From the human T2T-CHM13v2.0 reference genome, Homo sapiens, in NCBI RefSeq assembly GCF_009914755.1, contig NC_060928.1: DNA of 64,000 nt. One strand, 5' to 3'. The notes beneath the pieces were generated by a model. It was given only the letters and a program-made list of their open reading frames with translations. It had not been told where the DNA came from and made no database searches. Positions 1-13,799 of the stretch are shown here, piece after piece. Positions within the stretch are counted from its first letter, which is position 1; the number at the start of each line of letters is the position of its first letter. Made by a program: the position numbers and the translations under genes.

Positions 1-789
1 CTATATCACAGAATTAATCTAACAGAATTTTGAACTTTTTTTTTTTTTTTAAATTCAATAGGAAAAGCGTATGCAAATCTTACTGCTAAAAGTTCTAGGT
101 CCTCAAATGTGTATTCATTAATCATAAGATGATATCATTTGGGAATCATTTTATTCCTTTATGTTTTCAATAAATACCTGTGGTGGGTGCCAAACACTAC
201 TCTTGACAATAGGCATTCAAGCAGTTAATAATGTCAGTACCATTTTTAGATATCTTAGTTTTGGATTTGAGCAGAAACTTATGAACTTTTTTAAACAGTC
301 ATTAATCCATATTGCAACTATAGGAACTACCTTTTAAAGTACTAGCCGATTTTTAAAAACAAATTCTAATTATCCTCCCGTCCTTTATTTTCTACTTAGT
401 CACTCTTAATTTTTTGTATTGCCCCAAGGCTCACTAAAACAAAATATGAGGTAGGTAAGAGGTTAATTATTCCTCTCTTATCACCTGTTCATTTCAAGTA
501 ACTCAGTGTTGTAAAATTCTACAATCTGCCTTATTTAAGAACCTCCAACAGCTCTTGCCATACTTAATGATTCGTTGGAAGAAAAAACTCCCATTCTTTT
601 CACCCGTTTTTGCATGTTTCATGAAACTCTATACCTGATAAGTCTATCACCAAGAGTTAGAAAGTGCTTTTCTCAAGTTCAGTCTTTATTGGTACGTTCC
701 AATATTCTGGCTTCTCGTGAGTATTTTTTCAACATATACTTTGAACTTGTTTTTTTTCCTACCTATCTCTCAGTTCAAAAACTGATTCT

Positions 790-1045
790 TTTGGAAATCC
801 AGTTCAAACATCAGCTCCTCTAGGAAGTTTTCCCTGACCTCTCATCAACCCAACAGTTATCTCCTACACCTCAGAACCCAGTAAACACTCCCATTGTTAG
901 ATTTATCAACCTGAATGGTAATTTTACTTGACTTTACATCTGTTCACCTTGAAAGGAGGGACTTTTGTCCTTTGTACCTTCATTTATCCAGCACCTAGCA
1001 GAAGGACCAGAACATGGTGAATAAGCATTTTTTGTTAAATTGAAG
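790..1045 (+). mobile_element. L2 3' end fragment
   Basis: cagctcctctaggaagttttccctgacc ... tatccagcacctagca ... ttttgttaaattgaa resembles the L2 terminus. Confidence 0.55.
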
Positions 1046-3119
1046 TTAAAATTTAGAATCACGCTCCTTAAAATTCAATTTCTCGCTCGCATACTTTGTC
1101 ATTGGTGGAAACACACAAAATTTACAGGAAGTAATTAGGCAAGAATAATTTTGATGATATTTAATCCTCTAACCCATTAATTCTCCTCTATGAATATTTC
1201 CTAAGAAACTAATCAGAACTATAAAAAAAGTTATACAAAAGAATGTCTATAATAGTGCCAGTCATCATAGCAAAAAGCAAAAATTAAAAAAAATACTAGG
1301 AATACCAAAATAATTAATCAGTTTTCTAGTCACTTAGTGAAGTATAATTCACTTATTAAGAATTCAAAAGATTTGCAGTACATAGGGAAGTTTTATAATT
1401 TTAAGTAAAAAAGCAGGACATAAAATTGTAATATTTTAGTCCAGTATTCTGAAGAAAAAGAAAGTGACAAAATGTTAACAGTGCTTGTTTGGGGGAAATG
1501 AACTACAAATATGTCTTTCCCTCATTCTATTTTTCCATATTTCCCCAAATTCTGTAATTAGAATATATATATTTTATGATATGATTATTTTAAAATGTAT
1601 TTATACAAAACTGTAATAAAGATTTATTTCAGAGGTATGTCTGAAGTTTGTAATTCTATACCTAACAAATATTAATGTTTAGTATTAAAGCATATAAAAT
1701 TCACTTTATCAAAGTAATAAAATATTCATCATGGATACAATTTCTACAAAACTGCCAAAATGTACACCTGAACTAACTCCCCAAATCACTATTGCCACTA
1801 TGATTAAAGGCTTTAAGTCATCATTTAAAAATATGATAGGAATACTTTTATGAAAAGAATATTTTCTCATATATAATAGCTATAAATAGAATGTAATATA
1901 TAATATTAAATATATTAGAATAGGTATTAGAAATATGTCTCTAATTTAGTATATGTATTAGCACTGTAAAGCTATAGAATTTGGAACCCCGCCCCCCCCA
2001 CCCAGTGTCTTGCAACATATCACACAAGAAATTTCCTTGAGGAGAGAACACAAGTAAGTGCTTTTCAACATGCATTCTGTTTAAAGAGCCTTCCAATACA
2101 GAAACAAGTACACTCTCCCTCACCAAATTTCTCAACTGACAGACACAGCAGTTGAAACAGCTGGCCTCTAACTGCCTTTACTAAAAAAAATCAAATATCC
2201 TCTAAGCTAATAACATCCATGATATGTATATCTAAAACTCTATAAAGTGTCACCATACTGCTTAAAAATAAGCTTTGTCAAAAAATAAATGAAAAAGTAA
2301 TCAGATACCTCTGTAGAATGGATCAAAATTTTTTTAAACTCAAACATGTTAAAATAATTTAATCATGACATGAGTCTGGAATTATTAAAGTGGTGCTGAT
2401 GGACACACAGACCATGAAAATGTTAGCCCTCATTAATGAGCCACTTTATAATACATGGTTTAAAAAAAGAGCAGCAATAAGAATTTGCAAGTAGTTGCTC
2501 AAAAAGAAAATACTGAATTATACAAAACTCTTTCCAATAAAGCAGAATTTGTCATGACAAAACTTATGAAATAATTTGTGAATTACAAATTAATTTATAG
2601 AGTTATTGTATGCTATTTGACATGAAGTCTTAGTCAATTTTCAATTTACTTTGCCAGTCATAAGTTTCTCTTTGAAGCATGTCTATTTCAAGATACAGAA
2701 TCTTATTTGGTCATGCAATTATTTGTCCACTTATCCAACAAACATTTACAAGTATCTGCAATATTAATTACTGTGCCAGGCGCAGACTGAAAGATAAACT
2801 AAGAAATGTCACCAAATGCCTGAAGGCCACAACATGTATGACTGCAATACAAAGGGAGAAATCTGGCAAGCTCCATAAGATATGAAATATCTATTGAAAG
2901 GACAAAGAAGGAGACAACAATCTCTCTGGCTAGAGAAAGTAAGGAGAGGTGGGGGAAGAAGTTAGAGACCATGGAGGAGGCAGGACCTGCACTGGATCTT
3001 AAAGGAGAGAGTACTGCAACAGTACCAGGTGTACTCACTCCATCAGGAAGATGGAGCAGGAACTTTCTCCCTCCCTGTGAACAGATTGCTTACTCCCTTC
3101 TCTAGCAGGCTCACCTAAT

Positions 3120-3400
3120 TTATTCAAAATACAACCTCACACATCAATCTTTTCAGGAAATCTGTGAGACCAACCTCCCCAAGCCTGTTTCTGCATGCTC
3201 TCAAAAGCCCTGTGCACGCGTCTATCACAGCCCTTTCACTAACTCTACTAAATGCCAGGCTGTCATCCACACTCATAGGCCAGGAAATACTTGAGGAAGG
3301 AATGTCTGTCTTTTACCTCTGGATCTCTAAAACTTATCAAGTTGCCCAGCAAAGCGAGTGCTAAAAGATCTAATGATGAGCTGAATAAACGAATAAAAAA
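3120..3400 (+). mobile_element. L2 3' end fragment
   Basis: cttgaggaaggaatgtctgtctttt ... gagtgctaaaag ... gctgaataaacgaat is a diverged L2 tail. Confidence 0.5.
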
Positions 3401-3456
3401 TGTGCAACTATTATCTACCAAACCCATTTAGGAGGCTATCTAAAAGAGTTGAAGCA

Positions 3457-3760
3457 GCCAGGCACAGTGAGTAGCTCACGCCTGTAATCCCAGGACTTTC
3501 AGAGCCTGAGATAGGGGGATTGCCTTACACCCAGAAGTTCAAGACCAACCAGCCTGAGGAACACAGAGAGACTCTGTCTTTAAAAAAAATAAAACAAACA
3601 ACTACTTGGGCATGGTGCCACATGACTGTAGTTCCAGCTACTCAGGAGGCTGAGGCAGGAGGATCACTTGAGCCCAGGCATTGGAGGCTGCAGTAAGCTA
3701 GGTTCTCACAAATGCACTAGAGCCTGGGTAACAGAGAAACTGTGTCTCAAAACACAAAAC
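3457..3760 (+). mobile_element. AluJ
   Basis: Dimeric Alu with J-type ggaggatcacttgagcccagg / ggctgcagt. TSD aaagagttgaagca at 3443-3456 and 3761-3774. Confidence 0.92.
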
Positions 3761-4220
3761 AAAGAGTTGAAGCAAAAAGAAAAGAGAGTTCAAATTGGGA
3801 TGGTGAAAAGGAAGAAATGAAAAAGGTGTTGAGATGGGATAAGAAAAAGAAAAAAATCAGGCATGCTTGAAAGCTTAGGAAAATTATTGTGCCATTCACA
3901 GAGGGGGAAAGTTGATGAGTCTACTGGGAATATGCTGAGTTTGGGGCTGTATTACTAACAAATAACCCTCAGCAGAAATTCAAATTATCCAGAACATTGC
4001 CTCAAAAAAATGCAAAAGTACTTATTTCCTCAACAAAACATCAAATTTTAATTTAAACACTAATAGCATAATGTGGCATATATCAACTATCCACAATTTC
4101 TTTATAAAACAGAAAATTTTGATAAATTTTCACTTACTATATTTACATTTAATAAGTTACTTTTATATAAGTTATTCATGCTTTATTTCAATGTGTATAC
4201 ATTATCATTAATAAAATTTT

Positions 4221-4598
<378 letters not shown>

Positions 4599-5779
4599 CT
4601 ATATTTAAGAGGGTAAAATTATATACTAATATATGAGAAGTAATGTATTTTATTCCATGAGTTTACACATATACCACACAAAATAAAATAAAATACAATT
4701 TACCTAGAAAATGGCTACATATATTTATTCCATGAATGACTGGCCCACTGAGATCAGCCAGTTAATTAAAAAACCCCAGGGTATGAAGAAATAAAAAGAG
4801 GTTTCTCTCCTAAAAAAGTTAGGGATGGTGATTAGCTCTCGGGGAGATACAAAGGATAGGGATCAACAAAAAGCACACAGGTAGCTTCAAAAGTAGGGAG
4901 AATGTTCTAGTTATTGAGTGGAGGCTTATTGGGTGCTTATTGTTATAAAATTAAATATATATGATATAATTATATATATCAAATTTTATGCAATAAAACT
5001 TTTAACATTCCTATGTAATCAATGTAACTGAAGGAAAACAGGAAACCTATTGTAAAACAATTAACTGTATATAAATATTATATCACAATACTTTGTGTAC
5101 CTTTATACTACTTGCTGCACCTAAGTTATTTTTTCAACAAATATAGAACTTGACAATTTTATATTTTTCTTTAAATTGCCACATTTTTGTAAGAATTTGC
5201 TACATACAACAATGTTGTTCAAAAGGAAACTACAAAACAACAAAAATTTGTCTTCCATTGTTCACTGGTTAAACAAGATGAACCAGAAGAGTAGAACAGC
5301 TTTCTGAGTAGGTTTCTCTGGGCTTCGGTTAAGGGCTGAGTTTTAGTTTGCAGTGACAACTGAATCATTTAGAAGAAGTAATCCTAGAAACTTACTGTAT
5401 AGTGAGATATTTTTAATCAGTTAATGAATTAAGTTTACCAAAATACTGAACTCCTCTTTAACCATTTTCCTACCATTTTATAATAACATTTTTCACTATA
5501 TTGTTGTCCTTCCAGAAGACAGCATGGAGGGACTGTCTGAAACTTCACTTTGATCTTGTTATAGTAGCATTTAAAAGACTATCTTCTCTCACAGGTTGGA
5601 ACTCTAAATGTATTTTCCCAAAGAAATACTCAATCCCCCACACTGCAATGGGAAGATAAAATGTAAGGCATAGTGCTTTGTATGAAGGACTCTGAAGTTT
5701 GTAAGATCAGTTAAGCACACACAGGTAAATACAGACAGATTAAGATAAGTCCTCTCTAATAGCAATCAACAGGAGGTGA

Positions 5780-5950
5780 CAGTGGAAAGAGTCAGAATTT
5801 ACAGTCAGAGAAAACCAGATTGAAATCCTGACTCTTATCACTTACTAATTTTGAGGCCTTATACAAGAGCCTCAGTATTCTTTTTTAAAATGGACATAAT
5901 ATTGTTCTAGGAGGCTGCAGTGTGGATTAAATAAAATAAAACAAAGTATC
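5780..5950 (+). mobile_element. MIR
   Basis: cagtggaaagagtcagaatttacagtcaga...aaatcctgactcttatcacttacta...gagcctcagt...taaaatgg is a MIR core. Confidence 0.65.
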
Positions 5951-7902
5951 TTGTAAATATATACTTATTGTCTCATAGAAGGGGCTCTTCAAATAATGGC
6001 TATTAATATTTATATTTTTCTAAATTATTATTAATGATGAAGATGGCATTATTGATTTTGGTAGTAATAAACATAGTTCTAAGGAGTTAAAATGAGACTG
6101 TAACACCAGAAAAGGGGCTCAGGTAACTAAAAAAATCAGTGATGTCATTGTGTCATTGTGTGTAATTACAATGATAGCTAAGAGATTTAAAAACAAAACC
6201 AAACAAACTTAACAAAAAAGCTGCCCTCTCTCCTCTTCAAACCTACCAATTTCCCTATGCTAGAGTAAGAGAAGTTATGGCAGATAAAAGGTCTATGATT
6301 TCTCCTTAAGTATTGCTAAATCTCTCAACTGGAATTAGAGGAATTTTGTCACTTAAGAAACAGCCTACGTCATTTAAAATAATTTTATTCTAAAAATAAC
6401 TGTATACTGATAATTACAACAAATTTACCATATGAATAACATAACATTTTGTTATAATCAGATATTTAAACTACTTTGAGCAACTTCCCCAAATCATTTA
6501 TTTAGACTTTTTTTTTCGGTTGGGTGGGGGCGGGGGTGGTACTTAAGCCCCATCTACATTATAGCTTTCAAAATTTCTTTAAATCAATACTATATGAAAG
6601 GCTTTCTTTATCTCCCTGGGCAGAAATAATCTTGTCCTCCTTTAAGAGCCCATAGTACTTTATTCATGCTTGAATTGTAATGCCATTCATGTCTTCTATT
6701 ATGTTTATTTAGGTAGATAGCCTTTATTTTTCCTAACACTGTCCACTGAAATCATTTAATATTTATTAAATAAACACATAAAGACATGTGAATATGCTTA
6801 ATGATCTATAAAGTGATTTGAAATATAAAGATATGTTTTACAGTTAAAATATTGCTAATACTCCATTTAATGCATTGCAGTGTAGTTTACTAGAAATACT
6901 ATTGTAACTTAAAATCTTTAACACAGCCTCTATATAATCATTAATTGCCAATGATTTATTAAAACACTGCATACATTACACCCTAATAAATGGGGAAGAC
7001 TGATGTTAAAAAATATACCAATCCAGCCCTAGAAATACTATGAGTCAACCTCAGTATAAGCCCAAGGAAGACTTTAAAAATAAATTAAAATTCTAGTTAA
7101 CAAAAAAGTTAGATGCCCAAGAAAAGCCCAGTACATGTAAGATTTCTAGTAATTCGTGATTATTACCATTAAAAAGATCCATAAAAGGTGACATATTGCT
7201 AAATTTTAATTTTTATATTCAGTTTATTCAACATTTCAATGGAAATGAGAAGTATTAATCTAATTGTCTAAACAAAGTTCTCACACAATCAGGTAGAGGT
7301 TTACACTAGTTATTAATATCACAGTATGGCACCTGACAACCACTTTCTTTATTTTCTTCATTTAATGAAATACAGAAAAGAATTCTATTATTTCCTGGAA
7401 GTGTGGATATACTTTTTTTTTTTATTATTTGTGTCTCCTAACTAGTTCTGAAGAGCAGTAATGCTTTCATTCAATGAAAGAAGAAAATGAATGTTTAATA
7501 TCAAGACCTATAGAAGAATGTAAATACAACTAAACGTAAGTAAAGGATACAAAATAATAAGGATGACACATGCCACTTCTGGGTCCATAACTGAAGAGTT
7601 GTGGAGATTCTATGTACAAATATAAAAATGATTTACTAATTTTTTTCTTAAAATGTTGTTCTTGCCAAGAAACCTTCAAATTTTAATTTGTCCAAATTGT
7701 TCCAATTTGCCAAATCAATAATGTATAATCAGAACTTAATCCATCTACATAGTCTCAGTTCTACTTCCAATTCAAGACAAGTAACCATGAAGTTGAGAAA
7801 TTACAGTACTTTCTTGACTGCCTGGAAGCCAAAAATAAAAGAAAAGTAGCAAGAATTAGTTTTTAACATCCCTTTTACAACATCAAAAAAGGTTACTTAG
7901 GG

Positions 7903-7904
<2 letters not shown>

Positions 7905-7938
<34 letters not shown>
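7905..7938. repeat. (AC)17 microsatellite
   Basis: Perfect dinucleotide run. Confidence 0.97.
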
Positions 7939-7942
<4 letters not shown>

Positions 7943-9749
7943 CATTTAGATTTTATAGATGAGGCCTAATTTTGCATACATGGTCAAGTAGTTTTATAAA
8001 GTCCTGATTCATGTACTACTAATATCACCAATTTAGGAATTAATAAAACTAGTAAAATCAAAGAATATCAAAATGACTTAACTGATTAAGCCTGAAGTTT
8101 TACAGAAATATAAAATGAAATCCCTTTTAACTTTAGCAATGGAGTAGAGGTAAAATACAGTTGTAATAACTTATTTTTTAACCCTATACTATAATGTATT
8201 ATATTTTACAAAAACAGTGACTGTGACACATCAGAATCTATGTAATAGTCAAATGGTTTCTAACGATCAAGAAATACACTGGGAGATGAATGTCAAGAAG
8301 CCATTACTTCCACATAAAATATTTTACCACCACGAGGCTTTGAAATGCAAAATAAATCACAGGTACTATTTCTAAATTATCTGCCATCAGAACCATCAGT
8401 CCACTGGATTCTGAACTGCAGTCACAGCTCTTCTTGGACTTTATATAATTTGACAACAGTGTACAGTTCTAAACATGTATAAATAAACAGAATATCAAAG
8501 CAGCAGAAAAAAATTGGCTTTTGTTAAGTACTAATCTAACTGTGCTTGGGATTAAAATGGCGTAATTTCTAATTCTCATGAAAATATAAGGCAAAAATTC
8601 TATTATCACTATTCAACATTTACTAAGCATGCCCTCAATGCCCATCTAACAAAAACTTTTTAGAAGATAGAAATTACATATAAAATATAAGATGCTTGAG
8701 ATGCTTCCATACTACTTATTTTCAAAATAAGCCAAATTATATATGAGTGTACCCATCTACATGCTCAGTATAATGAATGTTCTATGCACGCACATGCTAA
8801 CACAAAAGGTAAGAAATTCTTCAATTGACTCAGAGTTCCCCAAATATGGTATGTATGACTAACAGCTGAGAGGAAATACAACTGAAACTGTCTGCTGGAA
8901 ATCCATTAAAATCTAGGCACAGAAAAATGCCTGGTTGATAGTATAGTTGGATGTGCAAATTTATGCAGGAATGTAGCCAAATCTTTGGCAATTCCCTCAT
9001 GGTCTTAGATTTATTAACAATAGCCCTTTCTTTTTCAGCTGTAATGTTACATTTAAAGAACATTAGTGGAGTTGGAGGACCTGCCTGGTCTTTAAAACAA
9101 ATAGACTAAAGGCTTGGGTATACAGAGTCATGGAATTTCAAATACAAACAAAAATTTGCACAAAAAAAGTATGCTCCACAAAAGCTTCCATATGCAACTC
9201 TCAAAAATCAGTACCTTAGAAAAAACAAGCATACTATTTTGCAATTCTTTCTACATTTGCCTTTGAACGTATTCATTATTTTAAAAATTTTTCTGCAAAA
9301 ATGATTTGTATCATCTTCTCTGAAATGAGTGTTATTAAAAGACTTCATAGGTTAAGACATATCCTCTTAATATACTACTTCACGGATTTATTTTCAGTAT
9401 TTGCTTGTTGTTAGGAGTAAATTAAGTACTTAACTCTTACAAGTCATTTAACAACCACATTTGATTCTTGTTACTCTGTACTGAGCCCCTTCTATGCTCT
9501 CAATTCTGTGGAATGTTGTATCAAAAAATGAAAGCATGGTATTTTCTTCTTCAAGAGTTTATAATTCAATATGAGTACAAGTTAAACAAACGTATTCATT
9601 CAAAGGCACAAATATTCTACAACCAGTTCTGATTAGTGTGACAATATAAAATAAAATTGTTGACCATTTTGAAGGAAAAGTTCTGTAATTTTTCAGGAGA
9701 ACAATAATAAGAGGTAAAATTGACACAATACTTTGCAGTTTAAGAAATG

Positions 9750-10350
9750 ATTCTCATTGAATTCCCTGAATCCTCAGAACACCCCATGAGACTCCATGAG
9801 TATGATTTCCCATTTTACTGATGAAGAACCTGATATCCAGAAAAGGAAAGAGACTAAACGAAATTTATGCCTAAGTAGTAGAGCAAAGATTCAAACGTAG
9901 TTCTCACAGCTAAATCAAGGCTGCCACTGGATTTATAAGTTCTTTCATAAAAGTAATCTAATTTGATCATTATGACAATTTTATTAGATAATAATAGCAG
10001 ATAATATTCATTGACTGCATATAGTGGGGCAGGTGCTGTTCTATGCTATGTTAATTCATTCATTCCACACAAAACCCTATGAGGAAGGGTTCTGTTATTA
10101 CTGCTATTTTACAGATGAAGAAACTGAGGCTCAGAGAAACTAGTTAATGTGCTCAAGATCACACAGCCAGTAGGTATGGGCAGCAGAAGTTAAACTCAAG
10201 AGCTTCTGGTTGCAGCGTTAATAATGTTCTTCACCACCAGCTCACTCTTAGGTACGTTAACCTACAACAGGTTAAGAAACTTGCCCAAAGTCACAAGGAA
10301 AAAAAATTGCAGAAAACGGGCAAGAAGAATGTCTCCTAACTCTTCACCCT
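9750..10350 (-). mobile_element. Cluster of about three MIR copies
   Basis: Repeated MIR cores: cccattttactgatgaagaacctga; attttacagatgaagaaactgaggctcagaga; aggttaagaaacttgcccaaagtcaca. Confidence 0.7.
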
Positions 10351-12050
10351 AGTTCCTTTTTCTAAGTAGAATAATGAAAATCATTACATCCAGAAGCGGT
10401 AAAAAGCTTTGGGACATGTAGGTAGTTCTTTGAAGCAGAATATGAGCAAGTAAGGAAACACTGGTGGAGTAGCAAGGAGAAAAGATTCCATCAGGCCAAA
10501 GAAGGCTTCTTCTCCACAGATTGAAGGGAAAAGAGAGTAAAATGTATGTGACCAGGGATAAGTACATTTGTTATTCTGATTTAGGGAGGACAAATTCAGA
10601 TGAGTGAAGAGGGATGGCTCTAATTAAGAAAGTTAGTAAAAGTGAAGCACTACACTGATTTGTTTTGAAAGAAACACCACCAAAAATCTTGGAATAGGTA
10701 TTGTAATGCTTTCAAAAGAAATGATACCCCCACCACAGCCAAAAGTATCTAGCACACAGAAGAAAATAAGAGAAGCACTGAAAGATTCTAACTACACATT
10801 TTCATTTTTTTAAATTAAAATGTCACTTATAGTTTAGCAATTCCTTTTCATTGTTAAAACCTTTCTGTGGAGTAGAGACTAAGAGAACATAATTAACATA
10901 ATATTCTTCTCATTAGTTTTCATACCATGATTCTATGGTGCTGGTTACTTTATAGATCTTTCTCAGAATCATGTCAAAATCAGATGAAGGAAATTAAAAC
11001 AACAACCCATGTGAATGGATAAACTAAAATACCAACCTAAACCTAAAATGCATGTTAAAAGTAGAATTTGCAATAAATATGGAAAAACTAATCATGGCAG
11101 AGACCGAAAGCAATGATGCCAGGATTTTGGTAAGAAGCACTTTTGAAAAGACATATTAAATGAGGAAAACTAAACCTAATGGAATTTCTTCTCTCATTAC
11201 TTAAAATAAACCAGGTCACTGAGATGAGCGTACACTATGGTATTTTGTTCATTTTCATTTCATTTTTATACCATAAATTCCCATGGAAATACCTCAGACA
11301 CGTGCCCACAATAATTGGAATGCCTAACATTTCAGCGTAAGTACTTTTGCATGAGTTCTACTAAATAAAAAGAATGCAGTGAGAGCCCTCCAAGTTTTTT
11401 GGTTATGTCAACAGCTATTTTACGAGTATGAATTATCTCTGTACCTATAAACTACATGTGTAAAATACATTACATGAGTCTGTGTGAAGCCTTAATGCGA
11501 AGACCAAGGTCTGAGCTGCACACAGAAACATCAAAATAAAACTAAACTTCCTAGAATATAGCAATCATAAATTTTCTTACCAAAGCTATTACTGTTAAAT
11601 ATACCTTGATGAATTAAGTTCAAGTGTAACTACAATTGAAATGTATGATTCAACTGAGCTATGACCTACTTCCCTCTCAAAAGCAAAAGGGAATTATGAC
11701 AGTTGTGAGACTTATATTTTTCCATTCCATGGTCTAAAAGTTGTTTTATACTTAAACTATAAGCAAAATGCACCTGACATTTATTTGCTTTAAAATATAG
11801 TTATTCATGCTATTGCTCATAGGACAGATAGAATTTTAATAGCAATGTATCAAATAATAATTATATCTTTCCATGTATTTTTAAGCTGTACAGACCAAGA
11901 AGCATTCAGGAAGAAAATAATCTTAATATATAATATGATACCTAAGTCTAAAGTTCAGTTATAACTACATGATATATTTACATACAACAGAACCTATAAT
12001 CAACATGACAAATACAAAATTAACCAATATATGTGGTTGAAAATACCCAC

Positions 12051-12145
12051 CCCTAGCAGAAAGCTTTTTGGTGTTGATAATTTTGGCAGCATATTCTTGT
12101 CCAGTAGGAATTTTCATACATCTTCTCACCACTGAGAATGCCCCC
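12051..12145 (-). CDS. CAMK2D: CaMKII delta coding exon 2 (95 nt), [31 protein letters not shown]: end of Gly-rich loop plus ATP-binding Lys (YAAK)
   Basis: Acceptor tttccag|GGGGGCATTC and donor GCTAGGG|gtgggt. Joins exon 1 in frame (AA|G = Lys). Also visible in ORF 11965..12156. Confidence 0.98.
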
Positions 12146-13734
12146 CTGGAAACCAATAATTAGCAGGTCATTAATATAACAGATATAATATTTCATTAAA
12201 AATTTATAAAATCTGAGCATTTTTATTGATTTTAGTGGATTGCCAGTGAAGTACAGTAATATCCAGTAAATGAACAATTCTTCCTGGAAACCCAGACTTT
12301 CTTTAATGTTGAAGAATAAAAGTAAATTTTATTTAACTGGGAGCACACATTATTAATCAACAAAATGAAAGGAACTGCCAATTATGACCGCTCTTGTTTG
12401 CACAAGAAATTTGAAAACATTTTACAGTTCACACTCACAGCACCAAATGCTCTGAGAAAAACCCTGCACAGAACAGAGCAGACGAGGAGCAGCAAAAAAA
12501 TCTGCTGCCTACTTATTTTGGTAGGAAACAAAAAATTAATGTGGTTCCAAGTAAGTAAACATGACGATTATTTTCATTAAAATATAAATCTTGAGCACAT
12601 TAGTGTGGTTTAACAAATCCTGGTATGGTGATTTCTCTATGCCTTGTTTTGGACTGGGGGAGGGGAGAGATTTGAATTAAGCTGCTCTTCCGACATATTC
12701 TCCATGTTTTAACACCAGACAATATATACATATGTAATTTTTATTACTTTTAAAAATATTTACCTTTCCTTTAATTACAGTATAAACCAACAACATACAT
12801 ATAAACGCACTCCTTTCATAAAAGTAACAGTCGAAACTAGTGAAAGAGGAATTGGGTTTGGGTTCCATGCTACAAAAATCAGCATTCACGGCTTGGCCCC
12901 TAGGTCCCTTTGCATAAGTCCTCAGTAGGTCTCCTGCCTCCTTCCCTAACATCTCCAAGTAGTTCTGCCAGTCGGGTGAAGGAGGTGGTTTTACACAATG
13001 CTAGGCTACGCTTAAGAGCGCTCTCAGTCTCCAGAGGGCTTTTCCGTTGCCTGTATAAATAAATCCTCCCAGAGAACGCAAAGATGCACACGTAAATCCT
13101 AGGAAGAATGATGGTGAGCGGTAATCTGGTGCAAAGAACAACACTGGATATAGGGCAAGGGGTTGGGTTCTGTTGGGTGGCCCTTTTCCTGGACAGAACA
13201 ACTACTGGATGCGAAATAGACTCTATGCCAAGTTGAACTTTCGGCATCAATAAATATGGCACCGTCTGAGGCTGTGAGTTCTCATCAGTACCTGGGTCAT
13301 ACGGCCGACACGCCGGCTAACCAGGAGGCATCTCTATTTACAGAAAACATGATCTATGTTGCATTTTACATGGGTTCTAATTTCCTCTCCAAACACACAT
13401 TACACACAGGCGCGCGCGCACACTTCTCAGGATGATAGCTACAACTGCAGAGATCGTAAATTCACTAAGTCTCTCAGTGCAGGAGGGTGGGGGACCGGGA
13501 GAAGGTGGGCTAGGGACCATCAAAATGAGCCACAGTTGGAGTAAGGGTCCTACCCCTTCTGTGCTCCCTCCCTTTATTAAGACAGCACCTTCCCCAGAGC
13601 TGACAAACCAGGGGCCCTCCTCCCATTCCTCTCCCAAACTCCCTCGCCCCAAGACGGAGGCCGGTGGGTCGGGGGCAACGCGACCCGCCCTCAGCTGGAA
13701 AGGGGATATGCGGATGCCGGGCAAAGGTGCTTAC
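12146..13734 (-). other. CAMK2D: CAMK2D intron 1 (1589 nt, GT-AG)
   Basis: Lies between the two exons. Starts gtaagc and ends gctaattattggtttccag, with a CTAAT branch-like motif. Confidence 0.95.
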
Positions 13735-13799
13735 TTTCCAAGCTCCTCGAAAAGCTGATACTCGTCCGTGAACCTGGTGCAGGTTGTGGTCGAAGCCAT
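13735..13799 (-). CDS. CAMK2D: CaMKII delta coding exon 1 (65 nt, phase-2 end), [22 protein letters not shown]
   Basis: Minus strand reads gaggATGGCTTCGACCACAACCTGCACCAGG...CTTGGAAA|gtaagc, with a good Kozak context (A at -3, G at +4). The peptide is the known CaMKII-delta N-terminus. Confidence 0.98.

Noticed and set aside
11965-12156. 64-aa ORF as a stand-alone kinase microprotein
   Set aside because: It is CAMK2D exon 2 plus intronic read-through, with a non-ATG start in the intron.
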